This document shows positions 37,880 through 46,953 of a DNA stretch of 64,000 nt, in pieces. Position 1 is the stretch's first letter; each line of letters starts with the position of its first letter. A program made the position numbers and the translations under genes. Origin of the DNA: Elusimicrobiota bacterium (lineage in GTDB: Bacteria; Elusimicrobiota; Elusimicrobia; F11); the NCBI GenBank assembly GCA_044221725.1, contig JBGAON010000001.1, forward strand, positions 704,001 through 768,000. The letters are read 5' to 3'. Under the pieces are notes generated by a model. It was not told the DNA's origin. It saw only the letters and a list, made by a program, of their open reading frames with translations, and did no database searches.

Positions 37880-39084
37880 TGTTTAGAACGTGGCTCCCGG
37901 GGCTTGCCGGGGCGATGCTGCTTTGTTCCGCGTGTCATCCGCCGCGAACGCCCGAGGTTCGTCGCCCGCTCGAGATCGAAGGGAAGGTAAAAGAACCGCC
38001 GATCAAAGCGCCGGCAAACGAAATCGTTCGTGTCGGCCTCCGCGTCGAAGAAACCGAAGTATCGGTGGGATGCTTGGGAGCGATTGAGGCGGTTGATTTG
38101 GTCAGTCGAAACAAAGAAACGTGGCCGCCCGGCCGTTATGTGTTCACCGCAAAAAAAGGGACTTTGTACTTGGACGGGTCCGCCAAAGGAACAAAGTGGC
38201 GACTGAATTCGGATGACCGTGAGAAATTTTTGCATTCTGGAAATAACGAATATCGTGGCGAGCTTGTTGTGCGCGTGGCCGGTGAGAACAAGGTGACCGT
38301 TGTGAATGAATTGTCCATCGATGATTATTTAAAGGGTGTGTTGCCCCGCGAAGTGGTGGTGACCTGGCCCGATGAGGCGCTTAAAGTGCAAGCGGTCGCG
38401 AGCCGAACGTATTTGGCATCGCATCTGGGCAGTCACGCGGCGCAAGGATTTGATTTATGTTCCGATGTGCATTGCCAAGTGTACGGCGGCAGAGGAAAAG
38501 AACATCCGAGCTCAAACGCGGCCGTGGAAGGAACGAGCGATGAGGTTATCGTTTATGAAGGAAAGCCGATCGGAGCCTACTTTCATTCGAACTGCGGTGG
38601 TACCACCGAAAAAATTGGTCCCGTGTGGGGGCAGACCGACAAACCGTATTTGCCGCGAAAGAAATGTTCGTTCGGTACCGCTGATCCGCGCTATCACTGG
38701 AATATCACGTTCGCGAACGCCGATATGCTTCAGATCTTAAAAGCAAAAACAAAAGTGACGGGCTCCAAATTGAAATCGGTTCGAATCGCGCAAAAGAGTC
38801 CGTCCGGGCGTGCGCAGACAATGGCGGTGGTCACCGACAAAGGAACGTTTCATTTGAGCGGGAACGAATTTCGCATTGCGCTGAACCCAGAGAAAATTCG
38901 CAGCACGCTGTTCACAAAGATCCAAGCGCATTCGGCGGCAACGACGTTTGCTGGTATGGGATGGGGGCACGGCGTTGGAATGTGTCAGTGGGGTGCGAAA
39001 GGCCAGGCCGAACAGGGCAAGGATTATCGCGATATTTTGGCGTTCTATTATCCGCACACCGAGATTAAGAAATGGAGTCGATAG
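37876..39084 (+). CDS. SpoIID/LytB domain lipoprotein (peptidoglycan lytic transglycosylase-like)
   Basis: [38 protein letters not shown]. Confidence 0.92.
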   Translation: MMFRTWLPGLAGAMLLCSACHPPRTPEVRRPLEIEGKVKEPPIKAPANEIVRVGLRVEETEVSVGCLGAIEAVDLVSRNKETWPPGRYVFTAKKGTLYLDGSAKGTKWRLNSDDREKFLHSGNNEYRGELVVRVAGENKVTVVNELSIDDYLKGVLPREVVVTWPDEALKVQAVASRTYLASHLGSHAAQGFDLCSDVHCQVYGGRGKEHPSSNAAVEGTSDEVIVYEGKPIGAYFHSNCGGTTEKIGPVWGQTDKPYLPRKKCSFGTADPRYHWNITFANADMLQILKAKTKVTGSKLKSVRIAQKSPSGRAQTMAVVTDKGTFHLSGNEFRIALNPEKIRSTLFTKIQAHSAATTFAGMGWGHGVGMCQWGAKGQAEQGKDYRDILAFYYPHTEIKKWSR

Positions 39085-40262
39085 AGATTAAAGACCGGGC
39101 GGCCGCGCAGCTATCGCGCGGTGTGTCGTGGATTTTTTCAAACGAAATCTACAAGCGTCCGGTGAACCTCAAACCGGGAACGTGGTGCACGTTTCATTGC
39201 CGTTCGAAGATTATTGCAACCGGTTACGCGAACCCGCATTCGCTTATTTTTGGACGCGCGGTGGCGTTGGGCGCGCGCGAAGATATCACGGAGCTTCTAC
39301 GCGAACGGTTGCAAGACGCGTTTGCGCAGCGGTTGTTACTTAAAGCTGACGGTGCCGCCCGGTTGGTTTTTTCTGAGGGTGATTTTATTCCGGGCCTTGT
39401 GATTGACGTGTACGGGGATTTTGCGGTCTTGCAATCGAACACGGCGGGTATCGACACGGTGCTTCCCGAACTCGAACAGCTGGTGCCCGAAATTTACGAA
39501 GCGACGACGGGGCGACCGTTAAAAGGATTTATCGTGAAGGCTGACTCGGCGGTTCGTGAACTCGAACACATAAAAGAGTTTAAGACGATCGTGAGCGGCG
39601 CCGAAAAAGATTTTGAAAGTGTGTCTTTCGTCGAAGGTCGTGCGCGTTTCGCGGCCAATTTGATTGATGGACAGAAAACGGGTTTTTTTCTCGACCAAAA
39701 AGACAACCGAAACTATTTGGCGGGACTTATTAACGGCGCGGGACAACGCGTGCTGGATTTGTGTTGCTATTCCGGTGGTTGGGGCCTGCGCGCGTTGGTT
39801 AACGGCGCCGAACACGTGACGTTTGTGGACGATAGCGCGCCGGCCCTCAAGCTTGTGAAGCGTGGCTTGGAATTGAACACACTTGACTCGGCGCGCGCGA
39901 GCCTGGTCGATTCCGACGTTTTTGAATTTCTCGAGAAAGATACGAACATGTACGACATTGTCGTTGCCGATCCGCCGGCGTTCGTGAAATCAAAAAAACA
40001 TTTGGTTACCGGTATGAAAGCCTATGAGAAGTTAAACCGGCTCGCGTGGCAGCGCCTCCGGCCGGGCGGAATTCTCATCACTTGCAGTTGCAGTTACCAT
40101 TTGTCGGACGCCGACTTCCTCGATATCGTGAAAACAGCGGTGGCCAAAGAAAAAGGTATCGCGCGTGTCGCCTTTCGAGGCGGTCAAGCGGCGGATCATC
40201 CTGTGCTGCTCGCCATGCCCGAAACACGGTACCTGAAATGCCTCGGCCTGCAGAAGATATAA
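39072..40262 (+). CDS. RlmI-like SAM-dependent rRNA methyltransferase
   Basis: PUA-like N-terminus, GQKTGFFLDQ, DPPAF, TCSCS, YLK. Confidence 0.9.
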   Translation: MESIEIKDRAAAQLSRGVSWIFSNEIYKRPVNLKPGTWCTFHCRSKIIATGYANPHSLIFGRAVALGAREDITELLRERLQDAFAQRLLLKADGAARLVFSEGDFIPGLVIDVYGDFAVLQSNTAGIDTVLPELEQLVPEIYEATTGRPLKGFIVKADSAVRELEHIKEFKTIVSGAEKDFESVSFVEGRARFAANLIDGQKTGFFLDQKDNRNYLAGLINGAGQRVLDLCCYSGGWGLRALVNGAEHVTFVDDSAPALKLVKRGLELNTLDSARASLVDSDVFEFLEKDTNMYDIVVADPPAFVKSKKHLVTGMKAYEKLNRLAWQRLRPGGILITCSCSYHLSDADFLDIVKTAVAKEKGIARVAFRGGQAADHPVLLAMPETRYLKCLGLQKI

Positions 40263-40277
40263 GCGCCCCCGTTTCTC

Positions 40278-41306
40278 ATGACCCGTTTTCGAATTGATCC
40301 CGACACGCTTGATTTCGCGCTTTCCGAAAACCTCATTGCGCAGACGCCGGCCAAGCAACGGGATCACGCGCGCTTAATGGTTCTGCATCGTAACACGGGC
40401 GCCATCGAACATCGCATCTTCTCGGACATCATCGATTATTTGAACGCGGGGGATGTTCTCGTCATCAACAAGGCGAAGGTAAGCCGTGCGAAATTGGCCG
40501 GGCAAAAATCGTCGGGCGGCAAAGTCGAAGTTATTTTTCTGGAACGGATCAACAACAACGCCCATTGGAAAGCGCTGGTGCGGCCGTTTGTGAAGACCGA
40601 TGCCGAAATAAAGTTGGGCGATAAGCTGACGGTGGCGGTGAAAAGTCGTTTTGAATCGGGCGAATATCTTCTTGAAACAAAATCGGGCGATGTTGAACAG
40701 GCGCTCACGCACGATGGGAAATTGCCGCTTCCTCCTTATATTAAGCGGGCCGCGAACGATCCGTTGACCGCGCTCGACGAGAACGAATATCAAACGGTTT
40801 ACGCGAGCACGGAGGGCTCGGTCGCCGCGCCGACCGCGGGCCTGCACTTCTCAGAAGCGCTGCTCGAAAAGATCAAAAAGAAAGGTGTTCGCGTGGTCGA
40901 CGTTCTGCTGCACGTGGGGTGGGGAACTTTCAAGCCCATCACAGAATCGGTGCGCTCGCACAAAATGCTCGGTGAAAAATACGAAGTAAGCGCCGAAACA
41001 TTGAACGAATTAACATCAGCAAAACGGGAGGGACGCCGAATTGTCGCGGTCGGTACAACGTCCACCCGCACGCTCGAATCGCTGGAAAAGGGGGCGACCG
41101 GGGAAACGTCGCTGTTTATTCAGCCTGGATTTCAGTTTAAATGGGTGAACGCGCTCATTACCAATTTGCATGTTCCGCGGTCCACGCCGGTGTCGCTCAC
41201 GGCCGCGTTCGCCGGACTTCACAATTTGGAAAAAGCCTACGAGGTTGCAATCGCGGAGAACTATCGTTTCTTTTCGTACGGCGACGCGATGATGGTGCTG
41301 GAATGA
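40278..41306 (+). CDS. queA: tRNA preQ1 SAM ribosyltransferase-isomerase
   Basis: LIAQTP, PLPPYI, SVAAPTAGLHF, VGTT, FFSYGDAM. Confidence 0.97.
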   Translation: MTRFRIDPDTLDFALSENLIAQTPAKQRDHARLMVLHRNTGAIEHRIFSDIIDYLNAGDVLVINKAKVSRAKLAGQKSSGGKVEVIFLERINNNAHWKALVRPFVKTDAEIKLGDKLTVAVKSRFESGEYLLETKSGDVEQALTHDGKLPLPPYIKRAANDPLTALDENEYQTVYASTEGSVAAPTAGLHFSEALLEKIKKKGVRVVDVLLHVGWGTFKPITESVRSHKMLGEKYEVSAETLNELTSAKREGRRIVAVGTTSTRTLESLEKGATGETSLFIQPGFQFKWVNALITNLHVPRSTPVSLTAAFAGLHNLEKAYEVAIAENYRFFSYGDAMMVLE

Positions 41307-42451
41307 CGATTTTTTCGATTTCGCATCGAGACGCTGGTTCAAAAGCGCGCGCTGGCGTTCTGCAAACTGCGCACGGTTCGATTGAGACGCCCGTGTTCAT
41401 GCCCGTCGGCACACAAGGTACCGTGAAAACCATGGGATCCGAGGATATGGAGCGCATGGCGTGCAAAATATTGCTGGGCAACACGTACCACCTTTTTCTG
41501 CGGCCCGGGTTGGACACGCTGCTAAAAGCCGGCGGTCTTCACAAATTTATGGGTTGGCCCGGCGCGATTCTTACCGATTCGGGCGGCTATCAAGTTTTTT
41601 CGCTCGCGTCGCGTTGCAAGGTGAGCGAACAGAGCGTGGAGTTTCATTCGCACGTCGATGGCCAGAAGCGGGTTCTCTCCCCGGAGTCGGCCACGGAATT
41701 TCAACTAAAGATCGGTGCGGACATAGCGATGTGTTTGGACGAACTGCCGCCGTATCCGTCGCTCAGATCCGATGCTGAGGCGAGCATGGAAAAGACGTTG
41801 CGTTGGGCGCGACGTTGCAAAGAAACGTATCTTCCTTTTGCTGTGGGAGACCGCGTTCCGCTCTTGTTTGGAATTACACAAGGAGCGAACTTTCCAGATT
41901 TGCGCCGGGAGTCGGCCAAGCGAACCGTGGAAATTGATTTGCCGGGGTACGCGATCGGAGGATTGGGCGTTGGGGAAACGAAAGAAGAGATGTGGGCGTT
42001 TCTTGAGGCAAGTGTGGAACCGCTTCCGTACGACAAACCGCGCTACATGATGGGAATCGGGCAACCCGAAGATATGTGGGAGGGTGTTGAACGCGGTGTC
42101 GACATGTTTGACTGTGTGCTCCCCACGCGCAATGGCCGAAACGGGCAGGCGTTCACGTCGGTTGGAAAAGTGAATGTTCCGAACTCTGTCTATCGTGAAG
42201 ATTTTTCGCCGCTCGACTCCGCTTGTGCCTGCGAAACCTGCACGCGTTACACGCGCGCTTATCTGTGTCATTTGTTTCGGGCCGGGGAATTGTTGGGTCC
42301 ACGGCTCGTAACTTTACACAATTTGACCTTTATGTTAGGGTTGCTTCGCACCATCCGCAACGCCATTATTCATGGAAATTTCCGAGAAGAAAAAGAAAAA
42401 TTCCTCTCTAGTTATCGCGCTCTCCCTGCTGTTCATCGCGGCCGGGATTGA
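41303..42451 (+). CDS. tgt: tRNA-guanine transglycosylase
   Basis: TPVFMPVGT, NTYHL, TDSGGYQ, DMFDCV, C.C..C; ATG overlaps the queA stop. Confidence 0.97.
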   Translation: MTIFSISHRDAGSKARAGVLQTAHGSIETPVFMPVGTQGTVKTMGSEDMERMACKILLGNTYHLFLRPGLDTLLKAGGLHKFMGWPGAILTDSGGYQVFSLASRCKVSEQSVEFHSHVDGQKRVLSPESATEFQLKIGADIAMCLDELPPYPSLRSDAEASMEKTLRWARRCKETYLPFAVGDRVPLLFGITQGANFPDLRRESAKRTVEIDLPGYAIGGLGVGETKEEMWAFLEASVEPLPYDKPRYMMGIGQPEDMWEGVERGVDMFDCVLPTRNGRNGQAFTSVGKVNVPNSVYREDFSPLDSACACETCTRYTRAYLCHLFRAGELLGPRLVTLHNLTFMLGLLRTIRNAIIHGNFREEKEKFLSSYRALPAVHRGRD

Positions 42452-43490
42452 AGCGAAGTCATCTCCGAAACCACCCGATAAGAAAGTCGTTCAATCCAAA
42501 GCCTGGTCCATTGTTCGCGAAGCATTAACGTCCGAAGACTCGGCCGTGCGCGAGCAAGCGGTGCAAGCGCTTGAATATGTCCCCAACGAGCAGACCACGA
42601 ACGCACTGCTTTCATCCCTGAAAGACGAAAGCGAATGGGTTCAAATTTGGGCGGCCCGCAGTTTGATCAAGCAGGGAAATCCGGCGGGCAAACAAACGCT
42701 TCTGGCCATTATGCGGTCAAGTGCCGAGATACCGAAAAACACGACCGGTCCGCTGGCGGCTCTCGAAAAGATGAAATCGTTGGCGCGCGGCCGGCTGCGG
42801 GGCGAAGCGACGAAAGTGCTTGGTTTGTTTCATGATTCGGATTTGGTTCCGGTGCTGCGTGATGCAAAGCACGACAACGATGGTCGCGTTCGCGACGGAG
42901 CCGCGGTCGCGTTGGCGCTCATGGGAGATAAATCGGAAGCGGTCGTTTTTGCGAGCGCGCTAAAAGATCAAGATCACGGCGTGCGTCTTGCGGCGCTCGA
43001 AGCGTTGGACGCCATGGGAGACAACCGGTTCGTTGCGCCGATTCAAGTTTTGTTATCCGACTCCGAAGCCGATATTCGCGCGGCGGCGTTGCACGCGCTC
43101 GGCACCATTCGTGCGGTGGAGGCCACCGATTCGATCTCTCCGCTTTTGACCGATGAGAATGGTCGCGTCAGAGAAATGTCCGCGTGGGCGCTCGGTGAAG
43201 TCCGCGCACGAAACAAAATCCCCAATTTAAAAGCATCCATGACCGATCCCAATTCGCTCGTCAAAGTGGCGGCGGCCTCCGCACTGGGCAAGATAGGGGA
43301 CACGTCCGGTTTGCCGGTGCTCGAAGCCGCTCTCAACTCAAACGAAACGGATGCGCGCGCGCGTGCTGCCATGGTCTTGTCCGACATTCCCGATCCAGAA
43401 ATGATAGCACTGGCAGCGAGAACCCTCGGAGATGGTAATATCCGCGTCCGGCTCGGAGCCGCGGTCTCAATTTTAAAATCCAAAATATAA
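42372..43490 (+). CDS. Exported HEAT-repeat protein
   Basis: Signal peptide ending IEA; repeats of L.D....VR..AA.ALG; overlaps the tgt 3' end by 80 bp. Confidence 0.85.
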   Translation: MEISEKKKKNSSLVIALSLLFIAAGIEAKSSPKPPDKKVVQSKAWSIVREALTSEDSAVREQAVQALEYVPNEQTTNALLSSLKDESEWVQIWAARSLIKQGNPAGKQTLLAIMRSSAEIPKNTTGPLAALEKMKSLARGRLRGEATKVLGLFHDSDLVPVLRDAKHDNDGRVRDGAAVALALMGDKSEAVVFASALKDQDHGVRLAALEALDAMGDNRFVAPIQVLLSDSEADIRAAALHALGTIRAVEATDSISPLLTDENGRVREMSAWALGEVRARNKIPNLKASMTDPNSLVKVAAASALGKIGDTSGLPVLEAALNSNETDARARAAMVLSDIPDPEMIALAARTLGDGNIRVRLGAAVSILKSKI

Positions 43491-43509
43491 AGGAAGAAAA
43501 GAAACAATT

Positions 43510-43971
43510 ATGAAGCAGGAATTCGTCATCGCCCCCGCGCAGGCGGGGGGCCAGTCACCTTGGTTCCAAAAAGTTTTGCTTTTTCTCGCCGTCTGGATTC
43601 CCGCCTTCGTGGGAATGACGACCACATCGGTGTTCGCCATGGCCGCACGTCCGAATACCGATCCGAACGCGCCGCCACCGCCGGCGTGGGCGCAATGGTT
43701 TCCGATCGTTATCATGGTGGGCGTTTTCTATTTCTTGCTTATTCGGCCTCAGTCGAAACAGCGCAAAGAGCGCGATAACATGATGAACAACTTGAAGAAA
43801 GGCGATCGCATCGTCACCCAGGGCGGACTTATCGCGACCGTGGTTAACGTGTCACCCGATGTTCTCGATATTAAGCTGAACGAAGACGTCAAAGTGAAAA
43901 TTCGTCGGTCCGGCGTCGCAGAAGTATTGCCCGCCGAACCCGCGGTCATCGAACCGACGGTGGTGAAATGA
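43510..43971 (+). CDS. yajC: Preprotein translocase subunit YajC with REP-derived N-terminal extension
   Basis: FYFLLIRPQ.K, LKKGD.IVT.GG; upstream of secD. Confidence 0.93.
   Translation: MKQEFVIAPAQAGGQSPWFQKVLLFLAVWIPAFVGMTTTSVFAMAARPNTDPNAPPPPAWAQWFPIVIMVGVFYFLLIRPQSKQRKERDNMMNNLKKGDRIVTQGGLIATVVNVSPDVLDIKLNEDVKVKIRRSGVAEVLPAEPAVIEPTVVK
43524..43620. repeat. REP pair inside the yajC 5' frame
   Basis: CGTCATCGCCCCCGCGCAGGCGGGGGGCCAG ... CTGGATTCCCGCCTTCGTGGGAATGACG. Confidence 0.8.
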
Positions 43972-45410
43972 ACAGCAAACTCGCTTGGAAGGGCGGCATC
44001 ATCCTAGCCGTCATTCTGTTTTCGATTTTCAAGCTTTATCCCAACTTCGTGTGGTACAGCATGCCGCTTGAAGAGCGCCAGAATCAGTCGAAGCGAAAGA
44101 ACCCATTGGCCCGCGAAGTTGTTCCGTTGGGGCTTGATTTGCAGGGCGGCGTGCGGCTCGTTTATCAACTCGATACGAGCAAATTGCCCGACGAAAGCGA
44201 TGCGACGGTTTCCCGTGCGGTGGAACAAAATATTGTGGTTATCAATAACCGCGTGGACGCGCTCGGCGTCGCCAACCAGACCGTGATCCGTCAGGGTCGG
44301 GAGTTTATTGTTGTGGAATTGCCCGGCGTGTTCGAGAGCGAAGAAGCGAAAAATATTATTGGAAAGACCGCTCTTCTTGAATTCAGAATGGTGAAAGACG
44401 ATGAGTCTCTCGTAAAAATATTGGACGAGATCAACAAAAAGGGCGTCCGACCGGAAGATGTCGTGAACAATCGTCTTCCCGATGAAATCAAAAAAATGAT
44501 TCCGGCTGGACTGGCGCTTCTGCCGCAACGGGAAGGCGGCTATTTGCTCGTCGATGAAAAGCCGGCTCTCACCGGAAAATATTTGAAAGAGGCGCGTGTG
44601 GAGATGGGTGGAAATCGCATGCAGATTGGCGGACTGTCCATTGGGTTCGAGCTCGATGCCGAGGGCGCCAATATGTTTGAAGCCCTTACAAGCTCGCACA
44701 TCAACGACCGGCTTGCGATTGTACTCGACAGCATGATCCAGTCGGCCCCGCGCATTGAGTCTCGAATTCCGGGCGGACGCGGCCAAATCACCGGTAGTTT
44801 CTCTCCTCAAGAAGCAAAGAACCTCGCGAACATCCTTAATTCGGGCAACTTGCAGGCTCCAATGTCGGTAGCGGAAGAACGAACCGTTGGTCCCGAGCTT
44901 GGGGAAGACTCCATTCGCAGCGGTTTCCGCGCGATGGCGGTGGGTTTCATCCTCGTTATCGCCTTTATGTTGGTCTACTACAAATTCTCCGGTTTCTTGG
45001 CCGACATTGCGCTTGTTCTGAATCTTGTGCTTCTCATGGCGATCATGGGGTCGATTAAGGCGACCATGACGATGCCCGGCATCGCCGGTATTTTGCTGTC
45101 GCTCGCGATGGCCGTTGATGCGAACGTGATCATTCTCGAGCGCGTGCGGGAAGAGTTGCGCAAAGGAAAAGACGTCAAATTTGCGATTGAAGAAGGTTAC
45201 TCGAAAGCGTTCACGGCTATCTTCGACGGACACGTGACGAGCATTCTCGCGGCGGCATTCCTATTTCAGTTTGGAACCGGCCCCGTTAAGGGATTTGGTG
45301 TGACGCTGATGATTGGTCTCATTATTTCACTGGCGACCGCCGTTTGGGTAACAAAATATTTCTACGAACTTTGGTTCGCCATGGCGCGACCAAAAACTTT
45401 GAGCGTTTAG
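43968..45410 (+). CDS. secD: Protein translocase subunit SecD
   Basis: LGLDLQGG, LAIVLD, VGPELG, MAVDANVIILER. Confidence 0.97.
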   Translation: MNSKLAWKGGIILAVILFSIFKLYPNFVWYSMPLEERQNQSKRKNPLAREVVPLGLDLQGGVRLVYQLDTSKLPDESDATVSRAVEQNIVVINNRVDALGVANQTVIRQGREFIVVELPGVFESEEAKNIIGKTALLEFRMVKDDESLVKILDEINKKGVRPEDVVNNRLPDEIKKMIPAGLALLPQREGGYLLVDEKPALTGKYLKEARVEMGGNRMQIGGLSIGFELDAEGANMFEALTSSHINDRLAIVLDSMIQSAPRIESRIPGGRGQITGSFSPQEAKNLANILNSGNLQAPMSVAEERTVGPELGEDSIRSGFRAMAVGFILVIAFMLVYYKFSGFLADIALVLNLVLLMAIMGSIKATMTMPGIAGILLSLAMAVDANVIILERVREELRKGKDVKFAIEEGYSKAFTAIFDGHVTSILAAAFLFQFGTGPVKGFGVTLMIGLIISLATAVWVTKYFYELWFAMARPKTLSV

Positions 45411-45436
45411 CTCCCAATAAAGGAAAACCATCGAAC

Positions 45437-46342
45437 ATGGAATTTTTTCACGGAACAAACATCGATTTCATCGGTAAGCGTCACTACTATTTTGGGGTGA
45501 CCATCTTGCTTGCGCTCGTCGGCGTTTTCGCGTTCGTTAAGAATCGGGGACCGGTTATGGGCCTTGAGTTTACTGGCGGCACATTGCTGCAAGTCGGCTT
45601 CAAAGAGCTTCCTCCGATCGATCAAGTGCGAGCGGATTTAAGCAAAGAAGGTTGGAAAAGCTTCAGTCTTCAAACCCAGCCAACAAGCCAAAGCCTTATT
45701 GTGAAGATCAAAGGTGATGAGAAACCAAAAGACGACATTGCCTATGAATTGTTGAAGACGCTCAAGAAGTTTTATCCGGACAATGTGAAGCCGGTTGTGG
45801 ACCGCGTTGAATTCATTGGTCCTGTCGTCGGACGCCAGCTCATCTTCAACACCTACATGGCGATTGTTCTGTCGCTCATCGTGATTCTCATTTACGTGGC
45901 GTTCCGGTTCAAAAAGTTTATTTGGGGAACGGCCGGCGTTATCGCGCTCGCTCATGACGTTTTTCTTACTTGGGGTCTTCTCACGTTGCTGAATCGTGAA
46001 ACCACGCTGGTTATTGTCGCCGCGCTGTTGACGCTGGCCGGTTACTCGATTAACGACACCATCGTGATTTTTGATCGTGTTCGCGAAGATCTCCGAGCGG
46101 CGCGCAAAGAGTCGACGTTTGATCTCTACAACCGCGCACTGAACGAAACACTGGGCCGGACGATCAACACGTCGTTAACGGCGTTTATTGCCTCGTTGAC
46201 GCTGTTTTTCCTCGGCGGCGAAGTAATTCATGATTTCGCGCTCGCGATGAGTGTTGGTATTTTGTTGGGAACGTATTCGAGTATTGGCGTGGCGTTGTCT
46301 CTTGTGTACGAGATTGAATCGAGGCAACAGAAGAAAAGATGA
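45437..46342 (+). CDS. secF: Protein translocase subunit SecF
   Basis: GLEFTGG, HDV, GYSINDTIVIFDRVRE, GTYSS. Confidence 0.97.
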   Translation: MEFFHGTNIDFIGKRHYYFGVTILLALVGVFAFVKNRGPVMGLEFTGGTLLQVGFKELPPIDQVRADLSKEGWKSFSLQTQPTSQSLIVKIKGDEKPKDDIAYELLKTLKKFYPDNVKPVVDRVEFIGPVVGRQLIFNTYMAIVLSLIVILIYVAFRFKKFIWGTAGVIALAHDVFLTWGLLTLLNRETTLVIVAALLTLAGYSINDTIVIFDRVREDLRAARKESTFDLYNRALNETLGRTINTSLTAFIASLTLFFLGGEVIHDFALAMSVGILLGTYSSIGVALSLVYEIESRQQKKR

Positions 46343-46953
46343 AAGTAAAAAAGTTTCGTCTCCGTCCACGACTCCCCAGCGTGGGAAAGAATTTAAAAGC
46401 CATTATGGGCATCAAACAATTGCCCATTGAGCTTGAACAATCACTGATTCAAGAATGCGAACCTTTTCTGTCGCATGTGTTGCCCACCGCGTTCTATCAG
46501 ACGTGGTCGCAAGATGAAATTCCGGTTACGTTCCGACCGATCTTGGATGCCGCCGGTCTCGGTAAAGCGATTGCGGTGAGTGCCGCCGTTGCCACCATCG
46601 GATCCGACATTGAAGACGTGATTTCACAGCGATTGATGAACGGGGAGACGCAGCGGTCTCAAGTTCTGACGGCGTTCAGCGAGGAAGCGGCCGAACTTTC
46701 CCTGCAATTTTTGTTGCGTCTGTTGGCCGATGACGCGAAGAGCGACGATTGCGATTTGGCGGAGACCTTACCGATCACCGATCCGGCCATAATGTCGGAA
46801 ACATTGGCGTTGCTCGAAGCGCACCAAGAGGGCGTGGTGCTGGATAACGCTCAACATCTGACGCCGCGTTTCACGCGGATTGCGCTGATTGCATGGTGGC
46901 CAATCTCGAAGAAAAAACGTTCCACGCCCGCCGCGAAGAAAAAAATCGCCTGA
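46339..46953 (+). CDS. Hypothetical protein, weakly like the MetH activation domain
   Basis: VATIGSDIE......GE.....VL.A...EAAE pattern; coupled to the secF stop. Confidence 0.55.
   Translation: MKVKKFRLRPRLPSVGKNLKAIMGIKQLPIELEQSLIQECEPFLSHVLPTAFYQTWSQDEIPVTFRPILDAAGLGKAIAVSAAVATIGSDIEDVISQRLMNGETQRSQVLTAFSEEAAELSLQFLLRLLADDAKSDDCDLAETLPITDPAIMSETLALLEAHQEGVVLDNAQHLTPRFTRIALIAWWPISKKKRSTPAAKKKIA

Noticed and set aside
44004..45233. 409-aa antisense ORF
   Set aside because: Shadow of secD caused by codon bias.
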